From Penicillus capitatus (Eukaryota > Plantae > Chlorophyta): DNA of 64,000 bases. Position 1 is the stretch's first letter. Each line of letters starts with the position of its first letter. Below, piece after piece: positions 1 to 13,370 of the stretch. Both the position numbers and the translations under genes were made by a program. The notes under the pieces were generated by a model that ran no database searches, was not told the origin of the DNA, and saw only the letters and a program-made list of their open reading frames with translations. The DNA is taken from NCBI GenBank assembly GCA_965649825.1, contig OZ287701.1, forward strand, positions 1,317,439 through 1,381,438, given 5' to 3'.

Positions 1-2819
1 TCCAATCCGCTATCCGAGGACGAAAGAGAGAAGCCTGGAGAGAATTCCTGGCTGACAACAGTAGCACAACCAGGGACCTCTGGTCAACGTACAAAAGACT
101 GACGAATCCGATCGGAGCAGAGAAGATTGCTTTCCTAACAACAGGGAATGGAGACCTTGTGGAAGACCCGTCCCAGATCAGTGAATTATTATTCCAAAAG
201 TTCTTCCCGACCAACCCCAATGCAGAAGTGTAGAGAACATACGAGGTAGTAAGCTCCCCTCCACACGTGTCGGTTGCCGAAGCTAGAAGAGCCTTTATGG
301 GCGGACGACCGTTTGCCGCCCCTGGCCCTGATGGACTCCCCAAGGCCTTGATATCACGTGCCTTCCGGAAATTTCCAGAGGTGTTTGCGGCCATTGCCAC
401 AAGGTCGCTTGAACTGGGCTTCCTTCCACGGTCTTGGCAGCAATCTGAGGTCATCTGCATCCCGAAGAAAGCAAATCCTAACAAGGAACTAGCGCTTCTG
501 GGCCCAATAAACCTCATTGGCTCGATTGCAAAATGTGTGCACCAGATTGTCGCGCAGCGACTGACACAGTTTCTCGAGTCAACGAACGGCCTCTCCTGCA
601 GACAGTTCGGTTTTAGAGTGGGGAGAGGGGTAGTGGACGCTCTGGTGGAATCCACGGACTTTATCGAACGGCACACAGGGACAGGCCGCGCAGTATATGG
701 GGTAACTCTGGATATCAAAGGGACCTTTGATAGCATTCGACCCTCGGCGATACTGGATGCTCTTGAACGTCTCGACACACCCCATACCTCATGCGCTGGA
801 TACAAGCTTTTCTCAGTAACAGAAAGCCAAGCTGGATCTCGAAAGGGGAAGCTTCACACACGCCCCGTCTATTGGGACGCCGCAGGGAAGCCCATTATCC
901 CCTCTGCTTTTCATCATAGGCATGGATCCGATCCTGGAACTGGCCCAAGACATAGAGGCCCTGCACATACAAGCCTATGCTGATGATATTCTGGTCCTTA
1001 GCACAGCTCCGACTGAAAGGTCAGCGCAGATAAAGCTTCAGGAGACTCTAGACCGCATGAACACTTGGGCTCAAGATAGAGGTCTGATCTTCGCTCCAGA
1101 GAAATGTTTTCAGATCCGATTCGTGAAAAGAAGAAGACGGATTGACACTTTCCCCGTATTCCTACGTGGTCAGCAACTCAACAAGAAAGCCGCAATCATG
1201 TACCTCGGAGTATGGCTGGATGAGACGACCTCCTGAAGCACGCAAGTGGCCAGCGCAGCTGGGAAAGTCCGCACGCGCCTGGACTGGATTCGGCGAATGA
1301 CAGGCCCGACCTGGGGCATGTTACCTGAAGCCGTTGAGAAGCTGGTCAGCAGGGTTATCGAACCAGCTGCATATTTCGGGGCAGAAGTTTGGCAAAGGGC
1401 AGCTGACAATGAACGGACAGTTAGTCCTCTGGAGACAGCCATGAGACAGGCATGCTTACTTCTAGCTGGAACTTTTAGGACTACCTCATACCCCTCAGCC
1501 TACTCGCTCGCAGGGGTTCGCCCGCCCGCACAACAAATTGTGCAACAAGAGCTGCACTTTGATTCCAGAAGAAGACACAGAATGCCGGCTATCCCGATGT
1601 TTCTTCAAGCAAGAACCGAACGCTCAGCTGGTCAATGCTACCGCAGAATTGCGTGGTCCCGATGGCAGAGAGCTACCCCTAGAAGGCCTCTGGAAATCCC
1701 ACCTCAACGGATACACCCATGGTCTCCGATCCCGCCCTCTCAACTCGAACTCCTTTCAGGCCCCGCCTCGATACCGGTCTATGAACGCCCAGACTGGATA
1801 TTGTCTGTATCGACGCAACAAGACAGAACCCGTCACCGCCTCGGCACCAGCTGGGGACTCTTTCAAGGAGGCAACAGACAGGGATAAAGCTGGTGGGATC
1901 CTGACTGGACGTCGGTGGAGCTCTCCACGCTTGTGGGTCTGCGCAATGGTCTGCGTACCCTAAAAGAGTGGCTGACCTCGACAGCGCCGAATCGAAGACA
2001 AAGCCTGGTAGTAATCGTCGACTCGAACCGAATCCAGAAAGCAGCTCTAAGTTGGTCCAACGTCTCAGAAACCGGCATTCAGATACAACAAGAACTTCTC
2101 GATTGGTCCATGGATGGCCACTCGATCTTCTGGGCAACTCAGAAATGGAAACCCGGTCTGTTCCCAGCCCTGTCAGAGTGGAGACGTGCAACTGCTATCA
2201 CAGAAGACAGCAGCAGCGGCCCAAAGGGCATTCCCCCGGACAGATCATGGATCAAGCACCGAATAGCGCACTTTCTGAACAATGAGGCAGCAAAGGACAT
2301 CAAGCAGCGAAATACCAGCTTCCATCTGACGGCGTTTCTGACGAATTTTCGACGAGGGCACTTCCCTGGGAAATACCTAGAGAGACCCCAGGCTTCCAGA
2401 CTTTCGCAGTTCGCAGCGAACCACTTCCCTTCGAAACAGTACCTCTTCAGATTTGGAGCCCTGGCTGAATCTCCGGCATGCTCATGTGGGGCGGCGCAAG
2501 AAGACAGAAATCATCTCTTACTGGAATGCCCTTTGTTTCACGAAGCACGAAGGAAGCTCCAGCGACAGATACCGGGAACGCTCTCAACTGCGTGCATCTT
2601 CCAGTTTCCGAAAGAGATGTCGGAGTTCGTAGAAGGCATCAGTGACCAGTGGAGACAAGCAGGAAGAAGATGGTGCAACATCTAATCCAGTCTGTCTCGA
2701 AACCTTAATCCAGGGATGAATGACACTTTTAATACATAGATACTTTGTTCACACCTAATGTACAGACGCACTCCTGATCTTCACAAAAAGGAGTTGTAAA
2801 AGCTCACAATCAAAAACAA
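1..2819 (+). mobile_element. Decayed non-LTR retrotransposon (LINE, R1/I/Tad-like): RT, degenerate RNase H-like region, C-terminal Cys/His motif; 5' part lies outside the window
   Basis: APGPDG, QFGFR, LDIKGTFD, GTPQGSPLSP (frameshifted), YADD (~975-986), YLGVWLD and CSCGAAQEDRNHLLLECP, spread over 4 frames with in-frame stops (TAG ~229, TGA 1234). A-rich end caatcaaaaacaaa at ~2807-2820. Confidence 0.9.
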
Positions 2820-4094
2820 AGATCTGGGTATTTGACCGTCTGCTGCGTCCATTCGATATGCTCTGAGGCATTAAACATCTCGGCCCCTTCACGGCCCAAC
2901 TCGACTATAAATAACCGTTATCCTTGGCAAGTCTTCGAAGAGGTCGTTCGTTTTGCATTGACAGTAGGAAAGAGCTCCATCGTTTCTTGTTCTTTAAAAC
3001 GACGCCGAGCGAATCTACATCAGTTGCTCTTGGGCTATCCATCGGAAAGACCGAACAAACTTGTTTCGTTGAGGATCTCTGGAGGGAAAAGGACAGCAAA
3101 CATTCCGAATCGTAGTTCTTCCTCCTTTCTTTGGCATCTCTAGTTCAGTTATTCTAGTAGCGCCCATTTCCAGTAGTTGGAAACCTTGGTCAAATGCAGC
3201 CACCGCCTGGGCATCTTTTCTGATCCCCTGTCGACACCTGCACCAAATCTGACCTCACGAGCTTTTCTGTCAAACCGCAGGGTATCATCTTGTTGACGCG
3301 TCGTTGGTCTGTTAGCTTTATTGCAAAGCTTAGGTCGAGATTACCGAGCTCTTATGCTTTTCTTTTTACCTACCGCATTCAGCGATTCAAATGTCCGCCG
3401 ATGCTCCGTGTTCTTTCGATGCTCGCTCGTCGCACATAAAAAGATTATTCGAAAAAATGTGCGTCCACCCTTCTCCGAATACAAGTGAAATGGATACCTT
3501 CCTTGTTACTTAGACGAATCTGATGCAATAAGCGGACAGTAGCCATCTCGAATTTGCTGCAAACGCGTCATCATCGCGGATCGACATGGGATGTGGAGAT
3601 TCTGTGCACAACAAGCTTTGCTTGTAGGAACGACTCTCCCTTCCCGACGCGCCATGAACGTGCCAACATTTTGATCGCTTCATCCGTAGCACTGTAAGAT
3701 GTCGCGAACCTTGCCAATTTGTGATGCATTCTTTAATGGCTAAACAACTCTCCTCTTAAAAATGCAGTCCATTTTCAAACCACGACCATCGATACCGATA
3801 CATACTAGAGCGACGTGGATGTACTTCGATCCATTCAGTAAGGCGCCCGAATTACACGTCCGGCAAATGACAACACACGCCAGACGAGCCACAATATCAT
3901 ATCTGGTTGCGATACGTGGAACAAGAGACGCCCCGAGACATGCAAATCTTCTTCGACTGACCGAAACATTAAGGAAAGTGGTTCTCTCCATCATCAAGAC
4001 ACCGACGACAAATAATGGCATAAAATCATGTAAGCGTTGGTGTGTCTCGATCGCTTGAGTTCTGCAAGCGTTTATTCGGAAAGCGTCCATTCGT

Positions 4095-7000
4095 TCATTC
4101 TTGTATCAAAAGGTTTTCAAGCAAGCCTGGAAACTTCTCTTCGAAATGTTTCTTCAAATGCCCGAGATACTCGTCGAGAGTCTCCCCTTCCCAGCGCCCA
4201 ATCTCATGCGATGAGAACGCATGCAACACAAGGGGAACCTTCTTCTCTTTTGTGGAAGGATCCAGTGTAAACGAGTTCTGGACGAAGATGAGCAAGAGGT
4301 TGTTCTTTAAGGCAGAGATGCTTGATGGAGGAATCCAATCAAGTCTCGAATCGCTTAGTGCTGTTTCCGGATTCCGCTGCATGGAGGAGTGTTCGCTGTA
4401 ACATCGTTTCTGAAGCATCGGCAACAGTTCGCCAATGGCGTACAGAGCCTTCTCGACGAGTCCCCTGATAGCCTCCAACGCATTCGAACGCATATCGTTG
4501 TGTTCGTCGATGCACCCTCTCTCCAGCATCGGTACGAGTGTGCCGACAAGATTCGTCGCCGTTCCAACAGCCTTCAACGCATTCAAACGAACATCTCTGT
4601 GTTGGTCGACGCACCCTCGCTCGAGCATTGGCATAAGCTCACTCACGAGTTGCGGCGCTGCCTCAATGACCAAGCCGACGGCCTCTATAGCTCTCAGACG
4701 CACAAAGAAATCCTCGTCGCTCTGAACAATTGCAAACAGAGGCAAAAGTTTATCCGCGATGTGTGGCGCCGCCCCAACAACCCTGCCGACGCACCCGATC
4801 GCGCTCCAACGCACGAAACACACCTCATCAGTGCACTTTCGATCAAGAAGCATCAGCAATTCGCCTGTGAGGTTTGGCGCCGCCTTAACGACCTCGAATA
4901 CAGTCTCTATTGCATTTTGACGCACAAAGAAGTCTTGGTCGTCGCACCCACTCTCCAGCATTGGCATCAGTTGGTAGGTGAAGCACTCTTTCCCACTGAA
5001 AGCCTTGCCGACAGCCTTAATCGCATTCTGACGCACAAGAAAGTCTTCATCTTTGTATCCCGTCTCCAACAATTGTAGTAGTTTGTTAAGTATATGCGAT
5101 GACTCAGTGATGACGTTTCCAATCGCCGTCGTCGCTGTTCGACGCACGTCCGAGTCATCGTCGCCGCAACCCATGGATAGATTTGGCAGCGCCTCGTCGG
5201 CGTGTTCGGGTGACACCACGACGACATTTCCAAGTACGGTCATCGCCGCTCGACGCACTCTCCGGCTTCCGTCGCCGCACAACTTATCCAGCGTCGGCAG
5301 CGCCTCGCCGGCGTGTTGAGGCACCGCCGCGACAACATTTCCAAGTGCCACCATCGCCCCTAGACGCACGTCCTCGTCTCCGTCGCCGCACAACTTATCC
5401 AGCGTCGGCAGCGCCCTGCCGGCTTGATGAGGCGCCGCCGCGACAACATTTTCCATTGCGGTCATCGCCGCCTGACGCACGCTCCAGTTTCCGTCGCCGC
5501 ACAGCTCAGCCATCGTCGGCAGCGCCTCTCGGGCATGTTGAGCTACTGCCGCGACGACATTCTGAATTGCGAACATCGCCGCTTGACGCACTTCCTGGTC
5601 GTTGTCGTCGCACACTTTTGCCAGCGTCGGAAGCGCCACGCCGGCGTGTTGAGGCGCCGCCGCGACGACATTTCCAAGTGCTGTCATCGTCGCCTGACGC
5701 ACTCTCCAGCTTCCGTCGCCGAACCCTTTAGACAGAATCGGCAGCGCCTCTTCTGCGTGTTGAGGCGCCGCTGCGACGACATTTCCAAGTACGGTCGTCG
5801 CCGCCTGACGCACGCTCCACCTTTCATCGCCGCACAACTTAGCCATCATCGGCAGCGCCTCGCTGGCGTGTTGAGGCGCCGCTACAACGACATTTCCAAT
5901 TGCAAACATCGCCGCCTGACGCACGCTCCCGCTTCCGTCGTCGCACCCCTTGGACAGAGTAGGGAACGCTTCGCCGGCTTGATGAGGCGCCGCTTTGACG
6001 ACATTTCCAATTGCGCTCATCGCCGCCTGACGCACGTTTCTGTTTAAGTCACAGCTCCTCTTAGACAGAGTCGGCAGCGCCTCGCTGGCGTGTTGAGGCG
6101 CAGCCGCGATGACATTTCGAATTGCGGTCATCGCCGCCTGACGCACGCTCCAGATTCCGTCGCCGCACGCCTTGGACAGTGCCGACAGCGCGCTGCAAGC
6201 TTGTTGAGGCGCCGCCGCGACGACATTTCCCATTGCGGTCATCGCCGCCAGACGCACGCTCCAGATTCCGTCGCCGCACCCTTTGGACAGAGTCGTCAGC
6301 GCCTCGCTGGCGTGTTGAGGCGCTGCCGCGACGACACTTCCAACTGCGGTCATTGCCGCCTGACGCACGTCTTTGTCTCCGTCGCCGCACCCTTTTGACA
6401 GAGTCAGCAGCGCCTCGCCTGCGTGTTGAGGCGCCGCTACAACGACATTTCCAATTGCAAACATCGCTGCCTGACGCACGCTCCAGCTGCGGTCGCAGCT
6501 CCTCTTAGACAGAGTCGGCAGCGCCTCTTCTGCGTGTTGAGGCGCCGCTTTGACGACATTTCCAATTGCGGTCATCGCCGCCTGACGCACGCTCCAGATT
6601 CCGTCGCTGCACCCCTTGGACAGAGTCGGCAGCGCCTTGCTGGCCTGTTGAGGCGCCGCCGCGACGACATTTCCCATTGCGGTCATCGCCGCTTGACGCA
6701 CGCTCCAGTTTCCGTCGCCGCACAGCTCAGCCATCGTCGGCAGTGCATCTCTGGCATGTTGAGCTACTGCCGCGACGACATTCTGAATTGCGAACATTGC
6801 CGCTTGACGCACTTCCTGGTCGTTGTCGTCGCACACTTTTGCCAGCGTCAGAAGCGCCTCGCCGGCGTGTTGAGGCGCCACCACGACGAGATTTCGAATT
6901 GCGAACATTGCCGCTTGACGCACGTCCTTGTCTCCGTCGTCGCACACTTTTGCCAGCGTCAGAAGCGCCTCGCCGGCGTGTTGAGGCGCCACCACGACGA

Positions 7001-10000
7001 GATTTCGAATTGCGAACATTGCCGCTTGACGCACGTCCTTGTCTCCGTCGTCGCACACTTTTGCCAGGTTCGGAAGCGACTCGCCGGCATGTTGAGGCGC
7101 CGCTACGGCGACATTTTCTAGTGCGCTCATCGCCGCCTGACGCACACTCCAGTTTCCGTCACCGAACCCATTGGACAAAGTCGGCAGCGCCTCTTCCGCG
7201 TGTTGAGGCGCCGATTTGACGACATTTCCAATTGCGGTCATCGCCGCCTGACGCACTCTCCAACTTCCGTCACCGAACCCCTTGAACAGAATCGGCAGCG
7301 CCTCTTCTGCGTGTAGAGGCGCCGCTGCCACGACATTTCCAAGTGCGTTCATTGCCGCCTGACGCACGCTCCACCTTTCATCGCCGCACCCCTTGGACAG
7401 TGTCGGCAGCGCTTCTTCTGCGTGTTGAGGCGCCGCTGCGACGACATTTCCAATTGCCGTCATTGTTGCCTGACGCACGCTCCGGCTTCCGTCGGCGCAC
7501 AGCTCATCAAGCGTCGGCAGCGCCTGTCGGGCGTGTTGAGCTGCCGCCTCGACGACATTTCGAATTGCGAACATCGCCGCTTGACGCACGTCCTTGTCTC
7601 CGTCGTCGCACACCTTTTCGAGCGTGGGCAGCACCTTGCCGGTGTGTTGAGGCGCCACCGCGACGAGATTTCCAAGTGCTGTCATCGCCGCTCGACGCAC
7701 TCTCCGGCTTTCGTCGCCGCACAACTTAGCCATCGTTGGCAGCGCATCGACGGCGTGTTGAGGTGCCGCCTCGACGATATTTCCAAGTGCGGTCATTGCC
7801 GCCTGACGCACGTCTTTGTCTCCGTCGTCGCATACCTTTTCGAGAGTGGGCAGCACCTTGCCGACGTGTTGAGCTGCCGCCTCGACGATATTTCCAAGTG
7901 CTGTCATCGCCGCTCGACGCACTCTCCGGCTTTCGTCGCCGCACACCTTTTCGAGCGTGGGCAGCACCTTGCCGGCGTGTTGAGGCGCCGCTGCGACGAC
8001 GTTTCCAAGTGCGGTCATTGCCGCCTGACGCACGTCCTTGTCTCCGTCGTCGCACCCTTTGGACAGTGTCGGTAGCGCTTCGCCAGCTTGGTGAGGCGCC
8101 GCCGCGACGACGTTTCCAAGTGCGGTCATTGCCGCCTGACGCACGTCCTTGTCTCCGTCGTCGCACACTTTTGCCAGGTTCGGAAGCGACTCGCCGGCAT
8201 GTTGAGGCGCCGCTACGGCGACATTTTCTAGTGCGCTCATCGCCGCCTGACGCACACTCCAGTTTCCGTCACCGAACCCATTGGACAAAGTCGGCAGCGC
8301 CTCGCTGACGTTTTGAGGTGCCGCCGCGACGACACTTCCTACTGCTGTAATCGCCGCCTGACGCACTCTCCAACTTCCGTCGCCGCACCCTTTTGACAGA
8401 GTCAGCAGCGCCTCGCCTGCGTGTTGAGGCGCCGCCGCGACGACATTTTCAATTGCAGTCATCGCTGCTCGGCGGACGTTCCAGCTTTCGTCACCGAACC
8501 CCTTGGACAGAGTCGGCAGCGCCTCTTCCGCGTGTTGAGGCGCCGATTTGACGACATTTCCAATTGCGGTCATCGCCGCCTGACGCACTCTCCAACTTCC
8601 GTCACCGAACCCCTTGAACAGAATCGGCAGCGCCTCTTTTGCGTGTGGAGGCGCCGCTGCCACGACATTTCCAAGTGCGGTCATTGCCGCCTGACGCACG
8701 TCGTTGTCTCCATCGTTGCAGCCTTTGGACAGTGTCGGAAGAACTTCGTCGGCGTGTTGAGGCAATTGTTCTGCGATGACACTCAACATTTCCATGCACT
8801 GTTTTTGAGTGCGCCGACTGTCGCCTTTCTCCACTTTACGCAATACGAATTGAATTATCATTTCACTTCGCTTCTGGTGATGGCTCATGAGCTTTAAGAG
8901 ATCTGTGATTCTGGTCATTTCTTCACGTGTTAACTGATGCTCGCTCGTCAGCGTCTTTTTTATTTCTTCGATGGTTTCATTGAGAATTTGAGGAAATGCT
9001 TCCAAGACGCGAGACAATTGTTGAAACTCTTGGACAACGATCTTGCGAATCGGAAGATCGTCTATAGTGCGCTTCAGCAGTTGACAGGCATTTTTTACGA
9101 GTTTGACCACTTGTCCGGCGTTTAAAAGTTCTTCCATATATTCTTCATCAGTTCCTTCTAGTGTTGCCTCGAGTACTCGCATCTTAGTGAAAAAGTGCTG
9201 TATCCCCAGAACTTCGATTGGTGCTTCGTCGACAAGCGAAAGCACCTCTTGCATTGCTAACTTGCTTCTCCTTTGTGCTAAGGAGTTCATAGCGAAGGAA
9301 AGTGTCAATGCGTGCTTTCGATTGTATTTTTCTTGTCGAATAAACTCCGCCACTCTATCTTCGTCCGATCCTTTTGTTCTCAGGGTTTTTGCGATGTATC
9401 TTGCAGTAAAGTATTGCTGAAACGATAGGTGAGGGAACTGATACTCTTGGCCCTCCGACACGGGCAAGAGGAGTCCACTATCTTCGAGAATTCGAGTTGC
9501 ATTCTTCAACGTTGCGTGCTGCATAACAAATCTTCCTTGGACGACAATTAGTTTCTTAAGGAGCGATTCAAAGGCTATCTTCTCCATATCTCTGAGGAGT
9601 TCCGCTTTCTGAATGTTTTCTGTGGTTGGCTTCTCCTTGAATCTTTTCCAGGCAAAGTGTGTTATGTCGTTGTATATTTGGAACATGCTCGCTCTCTTTC
9701 CTCGTTCTTCCGTTGCGGTTCCGTGCTTCTTCGACAAGGAACAGAGAATGTTTGCTATCATTGGAATGTGCGCCATATCCCACAAAGCATTAGAGTCTTC
9801 GAGAAAGTGGATGAACCTCGGAGCCTCGTCTTCGGACATTTCGCTCTTTATGTAGTCTCTCAACTGCTGATCGTCGAATCCAAGATACTCCACTTGGATA
9901 TCGACGCGTGTTTCCACGTCTCTCGTGTTGTACGGACGAGAAAGAAACAGCACCTTGCAGGATCGCTCCCATACGGTGGACAAGAGGTCGATCGCATGGT

Positions 10001-12144
10001 CATCTGTCTCTTCCAGTCCGTCAACCATGAGCAGCGTTGAAGGGTCGTCGAGATCGAGTTCCACTCGAGCGACTAGGTCTTCGAAGTCAGAAGTGTGCTT
10101 GCTTTCGGGGAAGCACATCTGCGATACCGCTTCTTCGAGTCTTGTCCACTCCTGTCCGTTGTGCTCTGCACTGTTGAGATGACTCGCCGGCACAGCGTAA
10201 ACGGCGTTGAAATCCTGTGCCATTGCTCCCAATGCCCATCTGTGTGCGATGACTCTTGCGACGCACGTCTTTCCGCAGCCGGGGTTTCCGCAGAGAAGCA
10301 CTCTCTGGACTTCGCTTTCCGGGTCTCCGGGTTTGAGAGCTCTTCGTTTGAACAGGTCGTCCAGAACAACAGGGTTCTTGACTCTTGTCTTCTCCTCGCA
10401 GTGTTCCTTCGCTTGTTTCCCTCCGCGGTTTGAGGACTCTCCCTTCCTTTCTTCCACTCCTTGGACAGCTCCTTCTGATCCATCTCTCGGTTCGGTCCCC
10501 CGCACTTCTACGATTTTGCCAGAGATGACGACGTGGTGCTTCATGTCCTTGACATGTTTGAGAGATCCTTCTTCGGTCAAAGAAGTCACCTGCAGGAACA
10601 AGACGCTCTTATCGACTTGAGTGTGCTTCTCGTTGTGATACCGTCGCAAAGTCATCATGCAAGTATCTCTGCCTCAACTCTTCTTCGTGTGCATTCATGA
10701 CAGCAAGTGGAATGTGCCCCACGTCTCTGCCAATCTTAACCAACAGTTTTTCGTGTTCCGGCACGATCCCCTGCAAACTTCCAGCTCGAAGCTTGTCTTC
10801 TAGGCTGTTTCCGTCCAACCATCCCATGAGCGCGTCTCTGGAAGATCCCTCGCAAGCATGATGTAAGGCTTCGAGTGCTTCCTTGGTCGTTTCGTTGCCT
10901 TGTCCAGTCACATGCACCTCGTATATGACATCCAAGAGTGCGATCGAGATGTCGTCATCGTCGATCCATCCTTCGCCTGCGGCTTGCTGCGTTGCCAGAT
11001 CCGACAACATGATCGTTGCTTCTCTGCGAGTGCTCTCCGACGATCCTTCGATTGCGAGCATGCCCAACTCGTCAATGATTCCAAATCTCAGCGCCTTCAA
11101 CTCTTCGCCGTTTTCTATCTTTCGTTGATTCTCTATTGCGCTACTGTACGCAGACTCGAAGGCAGCAAGGTTAATTTCGTCCTTCGTAGCTTTCAGCCTT
11201 GCTGCCATCAGATCCCACAGCGAGTCGAACCAATGTCTCTTCGACATTTTCGACATTTCGACAACGGAGACCTGATTTCTTTCGCTTGAATCCTCAAGGG
11301 CCGTCGGATCGATGTCGCCCCTTTCCCGATTTCTAAGAGGATGAAAAACACGCACGAGTCCACGAACGACATATTGTTTTGTTTGTGAAACTATTCGTGG
11401 AGTAGTGTCGCCTTTAAGGCGTTTGACTGCTTGACGAAGAACTCGGAAATGCATGTCCACAGAGTAGAACTCGCAGGAGAGTTTCATGGTTCTCTCTTGC
11501 TCTGCAATGGTTCTACTCAACGCTCGCTTCTCTTCTTTGCGGATCTCGTTTTGATTGACGGTGTTAAGTAGGAAAAACGTTTGTTGAAGTGTGAGAAAGG
11601 TCCACTTGTGCTCCGAGAAGTTCTCTCTGTTAAGGTTCGGTGTCGCAGAAAGACTTCCCAAAAGCTTCTTTGCTACGACTATCAGCTGCTCAGCGCCACC
11701 GTACACAGATGGATCGACGTGCACAAGTGCCCTGTGGAGGGCGGCGGCGAAGTTCGGTTTCAGAAATTCTCCTTCGGATATGGAGGAACAAAGGTCGTGA
11801 ATTAGATTTTGTATAATGGCTTTCTCGTTTGCGGAGCGTGTGGCGATGTCGGCCAGTTCTGCGTACTCGAGGACAGCCTTCGGCGCGAGACAATCTTCCT
11901 TTCGTTCGTGATACTTGCACAGCCATCCGAGGAGGACTGTGCGTTCGTCTTCGTCCGTGGCCGCGTTGTACGCGGCAACCAACGACTTGGTGCTGTCGAT
12001 GTTGCACCTCCTCACGACAGCACGCAGAAGGATTCGATTGTAACGTTCTTCAGTCTGGACATTTTGGGATGTGAGCTGACCGTCAGTTTCCGACGCGGAT
12101 GGCCGAGCGCCACTGGGTCCTTCGTCAGGAGCACGAGCTTGCAT
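4095..12144 (-). CDS. NACHT NTPase with N-terminal helical domain and 33 HEAT repeats (NLR-like), ~2665 aa, two coding exons (12144-10642, 10589-4095)
   Basis: Walker A GNPGCGKT, Walker B LLMVDGLEE, FLSRPY and FPHLSFQQYF motifs. A 52-nt GT..CTGCAG intron (10641-10590) joins the two long ORFs in phase 0. Confidence 0.9.
5100..8762 (-). repeat. Tandem array of 33 x 111-bp (37-aa) HEAT repeats
   Basis: PQH codons recur every 111 bp from 8762 to 5210 (32 intervals). Consensus PQHAGEALPTLSKGCxDxxxxVRQAAMTAxGNVVAAA. Confidence 0.95.
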
Positions 12145-12443
12145 GTTTTCGCTTGTGGTCTGCAGGACAAAACGTCTTCGCCCGTCGTTCGGCGAAGCGG
12201 ACAAGTGCACTTACCGTCGCAAAAAGTTCGCAGAAAAGTTCGCAGTGTCAGAAAGATGCCGTCGGCGTTGTCGTTAACGTTAAATGCGATTGAGTCGATT
12301 GATTCGACTGACGCATCCTGCAGAAGAGCAGATCCGAGTCATAGATGCAGACATCGAGGGAGACACAGACATCTCAGCACACGAGCGAGATTCAAGCTTA
12401 GTAATCTGGAATTGAGTTAGCACAGCAAAACAACAACAGGCAG

Positions 12444-12957
12444 CATGTCATCCAATGGCGCCACTCCGTCCGAATCGCGATCCAAACTCTGGAAGAACGT
12501 CTTACCTGCATCGCATGCAATGCCGTGTCCGTAGCCGAGCGTCTCTTCTGCTTTGTTTCTCCGCGTACTTGAAGAAGTCGTGGACAGTCATGAGTCGTTT
12601 CTTGTCTGGATGGCCAGGGGATGAGATGTCGACCCAGAAAGGAAGCTGGATGCGACTGAGGGACTCCTTCGAATCTCCCAGATCGAAATCTCCGACGCTC
12701 AGACTCGAGAAATGCACATCTCTGACGCGGAAGTGTCGTTTCTGACACTTTCTGCTTAAGGGACGTTCGTTCAGGAGAAGGCGAAACAACGGGGGACGGT
12801 GTTTCAGGATCCGCTCGGTGCAGAAGTTCCCGATTTGGCGAACACCGCGGAAGCCGTCGTGCAGAAGCTGTTGGAGTGGAGGCGGAGACTGTTGGAGGAG
12901 AGCTGCGAAGGTTGGTTGGTTCGAAGGGACGTCCTCCGGTCGGTGACTGCGCGGCAT
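12444..12957 (-). pseudogene. 5' fragment (exon 1 and part of exon 2) of the EF-hand mitochondrial carrier gene, copy A
   Basis: Matches 48272-48785 (MPRSHR...TVHDFFKY, intron, DRDSDG). Homology stops at ttggatgacatg. Confidence 0.88.
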
Positions 12958-13045
12958 TGCCAGGACGCTGCCGAACTCTCCGCGATGTGAGGTGACGTGA
13001 CGTTTCGACGACGATCGATCGATCTTTTGCATGGAGCGCTACCGT

Positions 13046-13352
13046 TGTCGCGTAGGGTTTTAGATGGAAACAATTTGAACGGTGGGCGCACGTAAACCTT
13101 TTGAAACGTAAAGTCTTACAAACGAAAGACAAGATCTGTACATTCACAATGCTTTTATATGGTACTTTATTTTAAGTAACAAAGAAGGAATATTCTGCGA
13201 AGATTCCGGAATCTACTTGGAATCTGTGACGTAGAGCCGCGGGTCTATTTGTGGATGGGAAGGTGTAGCGAACCTACGACCTGTCGCTTGGAGATCGACA
13301 CAAGTGTAAGTAGATGAGCTCATTGTTAGGGGCGTGTTGGCTTAACACAACA
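13046..13352 (-). repeat. 3' LTR (307 bp)
   Basis: tgtcgcg...cacaaca; identical by eye to 19552-19858. Confidence 0.97.
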
Positions 13353-13370
13353 TGGGCCCACCTATCTTCT
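13353..13370 (-). other. Polypurine tract
   Basis: AGAAGATAGGTGGGCCCA on the minus strand directly before the 3' LTR, overlapping the pol stop. A similar gaataggtggg precedes the LTR remnant of the decayed copy (~47773). Confidence 0.7.
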
